Below are positions 12,319-25,363 of a stretch of DNA of 64,000 bases, one piece after another. Origin of the DNA: Camelus ferus. Taxonomy: Eukaryota. Position 1 is the first letter of the stretch; every line of letters starts with the position of its first letter. The translations under genes were made by a program, and so were the position numbers. Below the pieces are notes generated by a model that searched no databases, was not told where the DNA came from, and worked only from the letters and a program-made list of their open reading frames with translations. The stretch spans positions 8,062,001 to 8,126,000 of the forward strand of contig NC_045696.1 in assembly GCF_009834535.1 (NCBI RefSeq), in the 5' to 3' direction.

Positions 12319-13809
12319 ATAAGACTTTTTTAGTGCTCTGTGGTAAACATGTATTGTTGAATCCCTTTCAAGATTTCTGTTTAATGAATAAAGATTAAAT
12401 TACATATGGCATTGACAGAGACCATTAAGTTGTTTTAGACACTGGAGAGAAAAAAAATGAAAAACAAACTTTGTAAACCTAAGGACAGATACAAGAACTA
12501 CCTTTTGTAGCATAATATCTACTGACGATATAAATAAGCTATTAGTTTTGTTAATTTTGATAGGTGACTGTATGCACCCACCCTGATGTTAACTATGAAT
12601 CAGCATATGGTTATCTCCTTACAATCTGAATTATGGGGAAGTCCTCATATAAGTTACATACAATTTATAATTCTACATTTCAAGATTTAACATTTTAGTG
12701 ACCAAACCTGCAAATGATTTTAAAGATACCCTCTATGTACAAAACCAACAGTTTCCACCTAATTTTTAACATACATTTGTATGAATACCCGTGTATTTAG
12801 TGCTTTTTGACTCTGATTTTTAGCCCTTATTTAGGGAACCAAGTGGTTCTGTGCTGCCCGAATCCTATGTGGGGGCTAGTGACACAAACTGCTTCTGCGC
12901 TGCACACATACTAATAAGCAAGAGGATGTGAGGAGAAACTTAACCTGTAATGTTGGTCAAATTCCCAAACACCCCGTCTACAAGAGGATGGATCTGAGAG
13001 CACACGTTAGGAACAGTACGCATCATCTGACCTGGAAAGTGATTTTATGGCCCTGGTGGCTGAAAAGCGGACATGAGGCAGGCAGGTCTGGCAGGCAAGC
13101 CCCGCGCACTGGCGCAAAGTGAGCACCCCCCGCGGAGGACGGGCGCCAGGCGGGATTCTAAATAGGGTGGTTGGCGTAAGACAGAGAGGCTTGAAAAGAA
13201 TGGGAAGACATGCTGTCAGCCTGGAGGAGTCTGTGCCGAGGAATGGATTATTTTAATGAACAGCGATGGCTGCAAAACGCTTGAAGAGATCCCAGAAGGA
13301 CAGAGTAATAAGGAGGAGTCCAAAGAGTGAACTTCCCTGATAGTAGTTCCGGGCCTTAACGGCTCCGTGACCACGCTGATTGATTTATGTTAAATGGAGA
13401 GTGCTGGCAAGGCACATTCTGGTACACAACTAAGGTTACAGCTGTCAGAGGTTTGAAAACTGTGTCTTTCTTACCCAGCAGAACAGAGCAAACACGTGCT
13501 TTTAGTAGGCGAGGGTTAAATACACTGAGATATCTTCAACTCTCGCCTCTGCTGAATAGTCAATGGTCACGGGCAATTAGTATTTTCAGAAAATAATGTA
13601 TTTTCATTAAAAAATGCAGTACCAATATAAATGCTTAAAGGGACATGTATGACAAGTTAAAAAAATAATATTCAATAGGTTTACACTTTCAGAGAAATGC
13701 ATACACACAGACCCATCTATCTACATCAACAAAGAAAACAACTCTTCACTCTCTTCGCCTTTTACTCCATATTACAAATTTTATGCCACCTGTTAGATGA
13801 TATATTAAT

Positions 13810-13815
13810 TTTATT
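13810..13815 (-). terminator. DOP1B: Candidate polyadenylation signal AATAAA in the DOP1B 3' UTR
   Basis: tttatt on the + strand about 230 nt downstream of the stop codon; more distal sites are possible. Confidence 0.35.
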
Positions 13816-14043
13816 TTCTTTACATAAATTGAGGAAGAAACATAAAATTAGATCTAAATGTATTACAAGGCATTCAGGGAGGCGTGTTTTGTTGCCCACC
13901 AGAAAATTATCTGAAATTCACTTTCAAAATTGAAATAGACTTGTTTAACAGCAGTATATCCTGGCTCCTTTCTTGTCTGGAATATTATCCTGGTTTTCAT
14001 CGAAGCAGCAGTAAGTGGATTAAATACATTCTGTCTTACAAGG

Positions 14044-14296
14044 TTAACATTCCAGATGTTCCAAAAAATCACATTCAACACATTCTTCCAGTTGTTTCAG
14101 GACCTTTGGGCCGTCTGCGATGGGGAACTCTATGAGTGGAGGGCCTTGGGTGTCAGCAGGCAGTTTATTTTGGGTTTTAAAAGCACAATTTAGTGTCTTG
14201 AAGAACTGGTATCAATTGCCTAATGCTGGAAAGAGAATGCTGGCACAGAAGAGGGAGTTCGCTCTTCATGGTCATCTCATCCGAACTGCCGATTTC
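14044..14296 (-). CDS. DOP1B: DOP1B terminal coding exon (~37), [17 protein letters not shown]...[16 protein letters not shown], with an apparent +1 frameshift near 14206
   Basis: Acceptor ttcgcag|GAAATC; both halves match the recalled DOP1B C-terminus but in different frames; 253 nt to the TAA at 14046-14044 (3n+1). Confidence 0.92.
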
Positions 14297-14799
14297 CTGC
14301 GAAAAACACAACAATCACTCAGCCTTGCTAAGAGTTAGAGAGGCACGTGGAGCACGTGCAGGCAGCAAAAGCTTGGGACAGGCCCTTCATGAAAAGTCAC
14401 CATCAGCACTGCTGGCAGCAGTGTGAACTCAAATCCCAGGTCTTCAGCTGCCGTATTCCACCAGGATTTGCCCCAAGTCCCCTGACCAGGGCCCCTGCCC
14501 ACCCCTCCTGCCGGTCCAGCCTCCAAGTAACACAGGGATTCTGTGCGCCTGACTACTTCTATGTGACACTGTCACCCAGGAAGCTTTACCTCCTAGCAAC
14601 TGGGATGACAAAGTCACATACAAATGACGAAACCAAGATGGAATTTATGAACACCTCCCAGTTTGAACACTCAGATAAGAAGACATTTTGAAAACTGTTC
14701 AAAGTCATTGAAATCAAATGGAGTATGGAGTACTTCACTCACTGCTCAGCCCTTCTCCCCTCTGCCACAAGTATCCATTTTAAAAGAGAAAACATTTAC

Positions 14800-14929
14800 C
14801 CCGTATTTTAATTTTAGAAGTTCGAGAATCCGGACAGTGTGGGGTTTACATTCTTGGTGATTCTCCTCTAGATCTGATGAGAAGGCAGGGCCCTCCGTGT
14901 CCACTTCAGGAACAAATGCCCACCTATAA
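14800..14929 (-). CDS. DOP1B: DOP1B exon ~36 ([13 protein letters not shown]...LLKLKYG)
   Basis: cctccag|TTATAGG ... GGG|gtaaat; 130 nt, phase 2/0. Confidence 0.93.
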
Positions 14930-14984
14930 CTGGAGGAAAAAAATCCAACATCAGGCATGCTGGCTCAGAGCCCACTTAAAGATT

Positions 14985-15915
14985 TTTAAATAGTTTTATT
15001 GAGATGTAATTCACATACCATGCAATTCACCCATTTAAAGTGTACAGTTCAAAAGTTTTTTGGTATGTTCACAGAATTGTATATCCATCACCATAATCAA
15101 TTTTAGGATATTTTCATAACCCCAAATAGAATCCCTGCTCCCTTTAGCTATCAAGCCATTCAATCCACTACACCCCTTTGTCTGGGCAACCACTAATCTA
15201 TCTTCTGTCTGTACAGATTTTTTATTCTGGACATTTCATGTAAGTGGAATCACACAGCATGTGGCTGTTTGTGACTGGCTTCTTTCATTATACTGTCAAG
15301 GTTCATCCATGGTGCAGCACATGTCAGTACTTCATTTCTTTCTATTGTGGAATCTTTCACTGTATATCACATGTTATTTATCCATCTGTCAACTGATGGA
15401 CATTTAGGTTTTTTCTACTTTTTGCCTGTTATGAATAATGCTGCTATGCATATTCATGTACATCAGAACTCATTTCAAAAAAAAAACCAAAACACTTTTT
15501 AGAGCAGGTCGTAGTAAAATTGAGCAGAAAGTACAGAGGTTTCCCATATGCCCCTGCTCCCCTCTGCCATGCACAGCCTCTCCAACTTTTAACACCTCCA
15601 ACCAGTACATTGGTTACAATCAATGAACATGACACTGACTCATCACCTATCACTATTACTTTACCTTGGGGTTCACTCTTGGCATTGTGCATTCTCTGGG
15701 TTTGGACAAATGTGTAATGATATGTAGCCACATTATAGTATCATACAGAGTAGTTTCATGGCCCTAAAAATCCTCTCTGCTCAGCTTCCCTCTCTCCTCA
15801 CCCCTGGCACTGCACTGATCTGTTTACTGTCTCCACAGTTTTGCTTTTTACAGAACATCAAATAATTGGAATCATACAGTATGCAGCTGTTTCAGATTGG
15901 CTTCTTTCACTTAGT
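14985..15915 (-). mobile_element. Two adjacent L1 3'-end fragments
   Basis: ttttattgagatgtaattcacatacc..., and ggaatcatacagtatgcagc...ttcagattggcttctttcacttag. Confidence 0.8.
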
Positions 15916-16182
15916 GTTTCTAACCACAAACCTTTCTACATGATTGCTCTCTTTTGGGGGACAGGACAGAGAGAAGTGGCATCTGGGGCCAGGCATGAAA
16001 TTAAACATATGAGCAGCTGTGTTAAGCCTACAGGAAATGTGAGCCAACAAGGACAGAGTGAATTGGAGACAGTGTGTTCAATTTATTTAATTAAAAACAA
16101 ACAGACAAAAAAACCTACACAAATGCAATGAGGACCACCAGCGGGTGAGTGTTTTATAAGCCCCCAGTAGCAAAAACTACCT

Positions 16183-16202
16183 ACACACACACACACACAC
16201 AC
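16183..16202. repeat. (AC)10 microsatellite abutting the exon ~35 splice donor
   Basis: Read directly from the sequence. Confidence 0.95.
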
Positions 16203-16206
16203 TTAC

Positions 16207-16368
16207 ATTTGAAATAATGGCATCTTGTCAGGTGGAAAAGAAAGTGCTGTGTCCAAGAATTTGCAAGCTGATAAATATAAGATGAGTTCACTCGGGGGTA
16301 TCTCCCCCACCGAGGGCCCATTTCCATCAGAGACTGAAACTTTCATTCTGTTGATTTTGTTGCTGTTT
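16207..16368 (-). CDS. DOP1B: DOP1B exon ~35 ([10 protein letters not shown]...DKMPLFQ)
   Basis: tttatag|AAAC ... CAAAT|gtaagt; 162 nt, phase 2/2. Confidence 0.93.
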
Positions 16369-16592
16369 CTATAAATTTGCAAAGAAACTCTTGTTATAAA
16401 TTCACTCACATCTTCTGGAACCCATTTGCCTTTGCAACGTCCCCTAAGAAGGTTTTCCTTTCAAGCAATGTTCAGAATAGCAACTGACCCCTCACATATA
16501 CTTCGAAAAAATACTGTTTAGCATTATTAATCTACGTCATACAGTGATGCCCATTAACCTCACATACGTGCACAGACCCTTGCACTACTTAC

Positions 16593-16645
16593 CTCAATGA
16601 TTCATCCTCCTTCAGATCTTCTTCAAGCTGTATGAATGTATGAAC
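16593..16645 (-). CDS. DOP1B: DOP1B exon ~34 (VHTFIQLEEDLKEDESL)
   Basis: tttttaag|GTT ... TTGAG|gtaagt; 53 nt, phase 0/2. Confidence 0.9.
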
Positions 16646-16724
16646 CTTAAAAAAAAAAGTGAAGTTACTATTTGAGAGAGATTAAACGTACTTTAATGTT
16701 CAAAATTTGTATGTCCATAAAAAT

Positions 16725-18025
16725 AGCAAATAAAGCAAAAGAAACAATCAACAAAATGAAAAGACAGCCTATGAAATGGGTGAAAAATATTAGCAAACCA
16801 TATCTGATAAGAGGATACTATCCAAAATGTATTTTTAAAAAACTCATACAACTCAATAGCAAAAAAAAAAAAAAGCAAATAATCCAACTAAAAAATGGGC
16901 AAAGGACCTTAATAGACACTTTCACAAAGACAATATATGAATGGCCAATAGGTACATGAAAAAATGCTCAATATCACTAATCATGAGAAAAATGCAAATG
17001 AAAACTACAATGAATCTTGTAATAACCTATAATGGAAAAAATCCACAAAAGAATATATATATATAACCGAATCACTTTGCTGTACACCTGAAACAATGTA
17101 TATCAACCATACTTCAATTAAAAAAATTTTTTTTAAATCCCACAATGAGCTATCACCTCACACCTGTTAGAGCTGCAGTCATCAAAAAGAGATTACAAAT
17201 GTTGGTGAGGATGTGGAGAAAAGGGAACCCTTGTGCACTGTTGGTAGGATTGTAAACTGGTGCAGCCACTATGGAAAACAGTATGAAGGTTCCTCAAAGG
17301 ATTAAAAATACAACTACTATATGATCCAGCAATTCTACTTTGGGGAATATACCCAAAGGAAATGAAAATACTGTCAAAGAGATATCTGCACCCCCATGTT
17401 TACTGCAGCATTATTTCCAATAGCTAAGACATGGAAACAACCTAACTGTCCATGGACAGATGAATGGATAAGGAAATTGTTGTATATGTATACAGTGGAA
17501 TATTATTCAGCTATTAAAAAGGAGGAATCCTGCCATTTGCAACAACATAGAAGGACCTTAAGGGCATTACACTAAGTGAAATAAGTCAGAAGAGAAAGAT
17601 GAAAACGGTACACATCTCACTTATAATTGGAATCTGAAAAACAAAACCAAACCAAAATGAAACTAAACTCATAGAAAAAGAGGTTAGATTTGTGGTTACC
17701 AGAGGCAGGGGGTAAGGGGAGGGAAACTGGATTAGAGTGGTCAGAAGGTACAAACCTGAGTTATAAATAAATACTAGGGATGTAACATACAGCATGAGGA
17801 CTATAGGTAACACTGCCGTAGGTTATATACGAAAGTTTAGAGCTGTCATCACGAGGAAAAAAATTTTTTTCTTGTTTTTTTCTTTGTGTATCTATATGAG
17901 ATGATGGATGTTAACTGAACTTATTGTGGTAATCATTTCATGATGTTTCAGTCAAATCACTATGTTGTACACCTTAAACTAATACAGTGCTGTATGTCAC
18001 ATACCTCAATAAAAGTGGAAAAAAA
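16725..18025 (+). mobile_element. L1 ORF2 end and 3' UTR with a nested short L1 tail (~17013-17135)
   Basis: KAKETINKMKRQP ORF2 remnant, gatccagcaatt, ctaagtgaaataagtcag, final ctcaataaaag-poly(A). Confidence 0.9.
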
Positions 18026-18259
18026 GTTTAAAATAGCAAATAATATCAAACAGTACAAATTATTTGAAATAATGGATAGTTGAGAGATCAAGTATGATTA
18101 AAGGATAAAATATCTCTATTTAACCAAGAGCTATGTGCTACAAACTTGATTAAAAGTTCTGCAGATAAAATTAGATATGTATTAAATAATATATTATTGC
18201 TGAGGAAGCATTTTTAAAAGCTCCATCTTTGCTTTCAAGAGTAAAATAGTCGTACTTAC

Positions 18260-18396
18260 CAATTCAGAGACCATTATTGGCCACAGTGAAGTCAAATGTT
18301 GAGGAGATATTCTTAGCAGCAAAACTCTGAAAAAAAGAAACATCTGAGCAGCAACTAGGGATGTCCGTCCAACTCTGAGATTGTCTGTCAGGCGTT
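18260..18396 (-). CDS. DOP1B: DOP1B exon ~33 (RLTDNLRVG...[19 protein letters not shown])
   Basis: cccttag|AACGC ... TTG|gtaagt; 137 nt, phase 1/0; conserved Dopey C-terminal motif. Confidence 0.95.
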
Positions 18397-19499
18397 CTAA
18401 GGGAAGAAGATTTTAGAGATGTCACACACATAGGCAGTTTGGAGTTTCTCATTCGACAAAGAGGAAAAACAAAACTGCAATTGCTTCAACATCTGACAAC
18501 AGCCCTGTACGTGAAATGGGTGTGGGAGAATGGTTCTGTGCCCCTTGTTTGCCCCCAGCCTGCTTCTTTGTGAGGGGCAGCAGTTCATGGCCTTTGTTTA
18601 AAGGAAGTGAACCAAGTGACTCTGATTCTTCTGCTACAACTGAGTAGAAAGGCACATGCTTCTGACTCAAGCCAGAGATCCACTGGATGATCAATGATCA
18701 AGTGAATGTTCTTCTAAGAATATGAAACAAGACACAGAAACCAAAGACAGTCCTTGGTGAGTGATGCAACTATAAGACAGCATAGACTGGTTGCCAGATG
18801 ACACTATATTTCGGGGGTGAGGAGTGGCAAATGGAGTGAGCGAATAAAATAGAAATATTCAGTAAAGTTTAGATTTGATGGCCATGGCAAAAACTTGAAT
18901 TCCTGCAGGAATAAAAAAGTTATAGTATACGTATGCATATGTATAACTGAATCACTTTGCTGTACACCTGAAACTAATATTGTAAATCCACTACACTTGA
19001 ATAAAAAATTTTTAAAAAATGGGTTAAACTCTAGTCCCTAACAGATTTCCTCACTTCTCCACTGAAATAACTGTTTGCAGAACTGTGATGTCCCCCTCCC
19101 CATAATCTGAGGTTTCTTAGGAACATAACAAATTGCTATAGCAAACAGCTGAACTACAGTCATGCTAGTGAAGATTCACTGTAGCACACTGGTAACGAAC
19201 TTCTCTTTATTTGAGGTATTTAAGTGGGTTTTTATTTCTCCCTTTAAAAGTACTCTGACCAAATGAAAGAGCATGCATAGCTCAGGTATTTGACAAACAA
19301 GTTGGCATTTTTTAAAGAGTGGTTTGTGCTTCTGGACTAGATGGAGTAAGTATGTTACATCCTGTTTTTCTGACTGCAAAGAAATGGACCAAAAAACCTT
19401 GGACAAAAGACATAAACCAGTATCAGAAAACAGGTGAAGGAAAGGTGGCAGGACTAGGTAGGCTCCTTAGAACTTAAGGAATGACCTGGAAGTGGGTTC

Positions 19500-22400
19500 C
19501 CTGGGTTTTTTAAATTTTTTTTAATTTAATTTTTAATTTTATCCCAGCCTAGGCAATTGAAAAGAATAACTTGGAATGCCGAAAAAAGTCTCAACTTGAA
19601 TGAGAAAAGATACCCAAAAGACACCAATGCAGAGATAATACAGAAGTTGGAATTATTAGAAAAGGATTTTAAAGCTGCTATCTAAAAATACTTCAATAAT
19701 CAATTATGGACACTTGAAACATGTGAAAAATAGAAACTGTCAGCAAAGAAATAGAAGATACAAAGAAAAGTTAATAGAAATTTTAAAACTAAAAAATAGA
19801 ATCACCAAGATGGAAAAACTTACTGATGAGCTCAACAGCAGAATGGAGATGACAGAGAAGAGGGAAACTGAAGACAGAATCAACAGAAATTACTCAAACT
19901 GAACAAAGGAGAGAGAAAAACATCAGAAAAAAGAAATGAACAGTCTCGTGGGCCAGTGGGACAACAAAAGATCTAACATTTGTGCACCAATGTCCCAGAA
20001 GGAGAGTAAAAAGAGTAAAGGTTGGAAAAAACGTTTGAAAAAAAAAATGACTGCAAACTTTCCAAAGCTGGTGAAAGACATACATCTACAAATACAAGAA
20101 GCTAAGTGAACTCTAAAGAGGGTAAAATCAAAGAAATCATGTTCAGTCACATAATCAAACTTATGGAAACTAAAGACAAAGAAAAATTTTTGAGAGCAGA
20201 GGGAAATTATACATGACCTAAAAGGGACAATAATTCAAATGGTAGCAGATTTCTCTTTAGAAACTACAGAGTCAAAAAGTAGCAGCCATTTTTCAAGTGC
20301 TAACAGAAAAGAACTTCAACCCGGAATTTTCTATTTTCTGTGAAAACATCCTTCCAGAATGAAGGTGAGAGGAAAAAAACAAAACCAAAACAAGATGAAT
20401 AAGGGTGGGAAAGAAGTCTCAATGAAGGAAAACTAAGAAAAGTTGTTGCCCGTGGCTTTGCACTAAAAGAACAGCAAAATGATGTTATTCAGACTGAAAA
20501 GAAATAACAGTAGGACACATGAAAAATGGGGAATGACTAAAGAGCAACAGAAAGGGTAAATACACAAGTAAAAATAATATTCTTTCCTCTTGAGTATTTA
20601 AATTATGTTGGACAGTGAAAGCAAAAAGTGTATCACTACCACTTGAGGTTCCCAGCATAAATAAAGGTAGTATTTCAGACAACTATCATATGGGAGAAGA
20701 GAAAAGCATCCAAAACGGTGGTAAAATGTTGATACTAGTAGATCACCGTAAGTATGTACATTTTATGTTTACTGTAATCTCTAGAGCAACCACAGCAAAA
20801 AACTATATAAAGAGATATACCCCAGAACCACTTCAAGTAAATCAAAATGGAATGCTGAAAAAACGTGAAAGTAACCTCAGGAAAATAGGAAGAGGGAAAC
20901 AGGAGTGAAAAACAAGGAACAAACAGAAAATAAATAAAAAGGCATTAATAAATCCTGACATGGCAATAATTACATTATAGGCAAACTGTCTCAACATACT
21001 AATTAAAAGAGAGCAATTGTTAGAACGGATTAAAGGAATGACCCAATTATATGCTATCTTACACAGAACTCACTTCAGATGTAATGATATAGGTAGGTTT
21101 ACGGTAAAAGAATGGAAAAAGATACACTATGCAAAAATTTTAAGAAAACTGGAGTGGCTCTATTAATACAAAACAAAATAGACTTCAGAGCAAAGAAAAG
21201 TACCAGGGTCAAAGAGGGACATTACATAGTGGTAAGGTCAATTCAACAAGAAGATATATTAATAATATTAAATTTTTTTTCCTCTTTTTTTTAAACTTTT
21301 TTTTATTGAGTTATAGTCATTTTACAATGTTGTGTCAAATTCCAGTGTAGAGCACAATTTTTCAGTTATACATGAACATACATATATTCATTGTCACATT
21401 TTTTTTCGCTGTAAGCTACCTACCACAAGATCTTGTATATATTTCCCTGTGCTATAATATTTTTATATGTTTATGCTCCAAACAACAGAGGTGTAAAATA
21501 CATGAAGTAAGAACTGAAGGAACTCAACCAGAGTAAGTACTGACAAGTATAGTTGAACTTCAACATCCCTATCCCATAACTGATAGCACGCATAAGAAAA
21601 AAGTCAGTATGGATACAGAAGAACTGAGCAATACCATCAACTAACAGGATCTAATCAACACTTGCAGAACACTCCACTCAACAGCAGCAGCAGAACACCC
21701 CTCATTAAGGGCTCATCGAACATTCACCAAGGCTGTTTTATGATCTACGATATAATGTAACTTCAACAAATTTAAATCGTACGAAGAATGTTCTCTGACC
21801 ATAACAGACTCAACTAGAAATTAATAACAGAAAGATAACTGGAAACACTTGGAAATTAACAAACTTCTAAATAAGATATGGGCTAAAGAGGAAGTATCAA
21901 AGGAAATAAAAATAAATATACATAAATGAAAAAGTTAAAATATAATATCAGATTTTGTGGGATATAGTTGAAGTACTGCTGAGAGGGAAATTTACCGCAC
22001 TAGATGCTTACATTATAGAATAAGAAAGCACTCAGATCTATAATCTACGCCTGTACCTCAAGAGACTAGAAAAAGTACAAAATAAACCCCAAACAAGTAC
22101 AAAGAAGGACATAATAAAGAGCAGAAATAAATGAAATTGCAAACAAAACAAAAATAGAGAAAAATCAATCAAACTAAAATCTAATTATTTGAAAGGAAGA
22201 ATAAAATTGATAAATCTCTAGAAAGACTGACCAAAAAAGAGAGAAGGCAAATTACCAATATCAGGGATGAAAGAAGGGAAATCTCTGCAGACCCTACAGA
22301 CAGCAAAGGGGTAATGACACTTCAATTATTGTGTAAGTGGGAATGCAAAATGGCACATCCACTCTGAAAACCAGTCTGGCAGTTTCTTGTAAAGTTAACC

Positions 22401-23150
22401 ACACATTTACCATACGACGCAGTAATCAAACTCTTGTGTATTCATCCTAGAGAAATGACACCTTATGTCCACACAATAATGGTACATGAATGATTTATCA
22501 TGGAGGCTTTCTTTGCAATAACCAAAAACTGGAACAACCCAAATGTCCATCAGGTAAATGGATAAATGAACTGTGGTACATGCATAAAATGGAGCACTAT
22601 TACTCATTAAAAAGGATCAAACTCTTGATACATCCATGAATGTACCCCACTTGCCTTGGGATGGTTCTCGAAGGCATTGTACTAAATGAAAAAAGCTAAT
22701 TTCCAAAGGTGACATACTATATGATTCCATTTACAGGATATTATCAAAGTGACAAAATTAAAGTGATGGGGAACAGATGAGCAGATTCCAGGGTTTAGGG
22801 TTGGTGGAGGGTGTGACTATATAAAGCAGGAGTGACTTGAGGGAGTTGTTCTGTAGTGAGTTCTCTATCCTGGATGTGGTGCTGGCTGCAAGAATTTGTA
22901 TATGTTCACAGAACTAGACATACACACGAACACAAAAAGAGTACGTGCAGAAACTGGTGAAATCTGAAAAAGTCTCTAGTTGGGTTATGGTAATATTCCC
23001 ACGTCGACTTGCTGGTTTTGATGATGGACTAGGTTTATATGAGATGAGATCACAGGGGAAGCTGGAGGAATAGTAACAGGAACATGAGGTACTATTTGTG
23101 CAACTTCTTGTGAGTCTTAATCTATTTCAAAATAGAGTATTAAAAAAAGT
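19500..23150 (+). mobile_element. Old L1 (ORF1, ORF2 endonuclease remnants, internal deletion, 3' UTR) with a nested antisense young L1 tail (~21270-21455)
   Basis: ORF fragments LKLKNRITKMEKLTDELNSRME (ORF1) and KTGVALLIQNKIDFRAK...KEGHYIVV (endonuclease). Confidence 0.85.
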
Positions 23151-24229
23151 GGTTGGCACACATAGGGCATATTTTATATTGATGCTTCAAATAAAAGCTA
23201 ACTTCATGAGATCATTCTTCAGCTAAGATGATCTATTTCAGAAGCTCTAGTTTTCCTCAATCTCTAATATTCCTTTCTTAGCTGAGTGATAAACCTTACA
23301 GGCTTAAGGAGTCCTTGTGAGCACAGAGCTGGAAAAGCCCTGAGCCAGCATCCACGTACCACCGTCAAGGTTGTGGAACCTCGCTTAGGCTGGCCGCTCA
23401 ATCTCACCGAGTCTGTTTCCCACCTGTAGAACTAGAGTCGTCCCCTTGCTCCACCTGTCTCGAAGGGCACCTACTGAGGACCACAGCCTATCGCTGGGAG
23501 CCAGAGGGGCAGGTACTAATCTCTCTGAGGATCAGAATCCTGATGTAAAAATGGAGCTAATACAAGGACAATGAGGAAGACATAAAAGATGGCAAGTACC
23601 CCAGTGGAGCTGGAATGAGCTACACTCATCCAGCTTAAAGGGAACAGAGCGCTGCCTCTAGACCTTTCTGATCCCCTCATCAGGGGCCTTTGTTGGGGGG
23701 CAGTGATACCTGTCCTCCTTTCATCCTAGACAAGCAGCATTTTGTTGTCCTCCCACTCCTTTAAAAAAGTAATAACTGCTTTAACCTTATTTACAGCTTC
23801 TTTTGGGATCAATGTAAAATCTTTGTCACTATAAGGCAAGGTGTACGGAGCTGCTCACTTCCTCACCCTGTGCTCATCGATTGACCTCCTTGGGGCCACT
23901 TGATGGCGCTGTCAATCAGGGGAAAAGGACCCTAGATGGAATCCCAGAGGAGAAATGGCAGACGTTCCCCATTCCTGCCTCTTCTGATTAGGCCTGAACT
24001 ATTTACGAGGGTGTGCAACTTATAAGCTTCTGGATGCATCTGCTCCCTTGACTTGGGCGTCATTGCTCTATGGGGCCAACATCCCAAGACTGTCAGAGAA
24101 CACTCTGAATTCTGTCACCCCAGGACCTCAGTGGCTGGGCCTATCAACAATCCTGGGGACAATGACAATACAGAGGCAAGTGATTTGTAAACTGTCAGTT
24201 ACAGTTTTTAAGAGAGCAGGGTAAGAGAT

Positions 24230-24675
24230 CTGTGACATAATTCTGTGTGGAAACAACCTGAATACCCTTCCATTGGTGAACTGGTAAACAGACCACACAA
24301 CGGAATACTACAAATAAGTGGTAATAAAAAGGAATAAGCTATTGATAATACAAAAGAACGACTCTCAAATACATCATGCAAGTCAAAGAAGCCAGGCTCA
24401 AAGGCTACACACCGTCTAATCACATGTATAGGACATTCTGGGAAAGATGAAACTATACGAACAAAATCAGATTTAGTGATTGACGGGGTCAGGGGGTCAT
24501 GGGAGGAGCTGACTTCGGAGGGGCAAAAGGGAACTTTCTGGGGTGATGGAAATGTTCTGTACTTTGACTGCAGTGGTGGTTATATGACTATATGTGTTTA
24601 TCAAAATTCACAGAACTGTATAAACCAGAAAGGTGATTTTTACTGTATATAAATTATACCTTAATAAACTGACCC
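24230..24675 (+). mobile_element. L1ME/MB-type 3' fragment
   Basis: ggggtgatggaaatgttctgtacttt...aaattataccttaataaa. Confidence 0.75.
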
Positions 24676-25224
24676 CTCAAAAAGGATTTATACCGTAATT
24701 CTAATATTTTTAAAACTATCTCTTACACTAGTCTTTATGATATTTAATACAAATCTTGAAAGATTATTTGTTTATTATATTCCATTCAGGCTATGAGTCT
24801 TAAGGAAAACACATTCCTATTTGAGAATTAAAACACAATGTTCACTCTGCCCTCTCAACATTTTATCAGGAGGAAAAAAAAAACCTCCAAAATCATGTAC
24901 CATTATCCACAATCATTCCTTTTTGAAGCAGACAAGGAATAACATGAGTATGAAGAAGAGAAAAGGCTGCCAAGGAAAAGTGAGGTACTTCTCCAAAATC
25001 CTGCTCCTTCATCAGCCTCACTCAGTATTGAAAACTCAAAGTGTCTGGGCTGCTGGAGGAATCGAGGAGAAGCAGTGCTGAGAAAGTACTGCTAGACTTT
25101 GTTTTTGGATACATATATATTTACTGAAGTATAGTCAGTTTACAATGTTGTATCAAATCCCAGACTTTAAAAAACTACCTATAGAAACTAATGGCCTTAT
25201 ATATAATAACTGATTTTTTAAAGT

Positions 25225-25363
25225 TTCTTTTTGGGGAGGCAGGGGAATTAATCAGGTTTACTTATTTAATTTTTTTTTTTGATGGAGGTACTGGGGATTG
25301 AATGTTAAGCATGTTAAGCATGTTACGCATGAACTCTACCACCTGAGCTATACACTTCCCCCG
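25225..25363 (-). mobile_element. tRNA-derived SINE (Vic-1-like) with a 14-bp TSD
   Basis: ggaggtactggggattga...actctaccacctgagctatacac; TSD aataactgattttt at 25205-25218 and 25365-25378. Confidence 0.85.
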
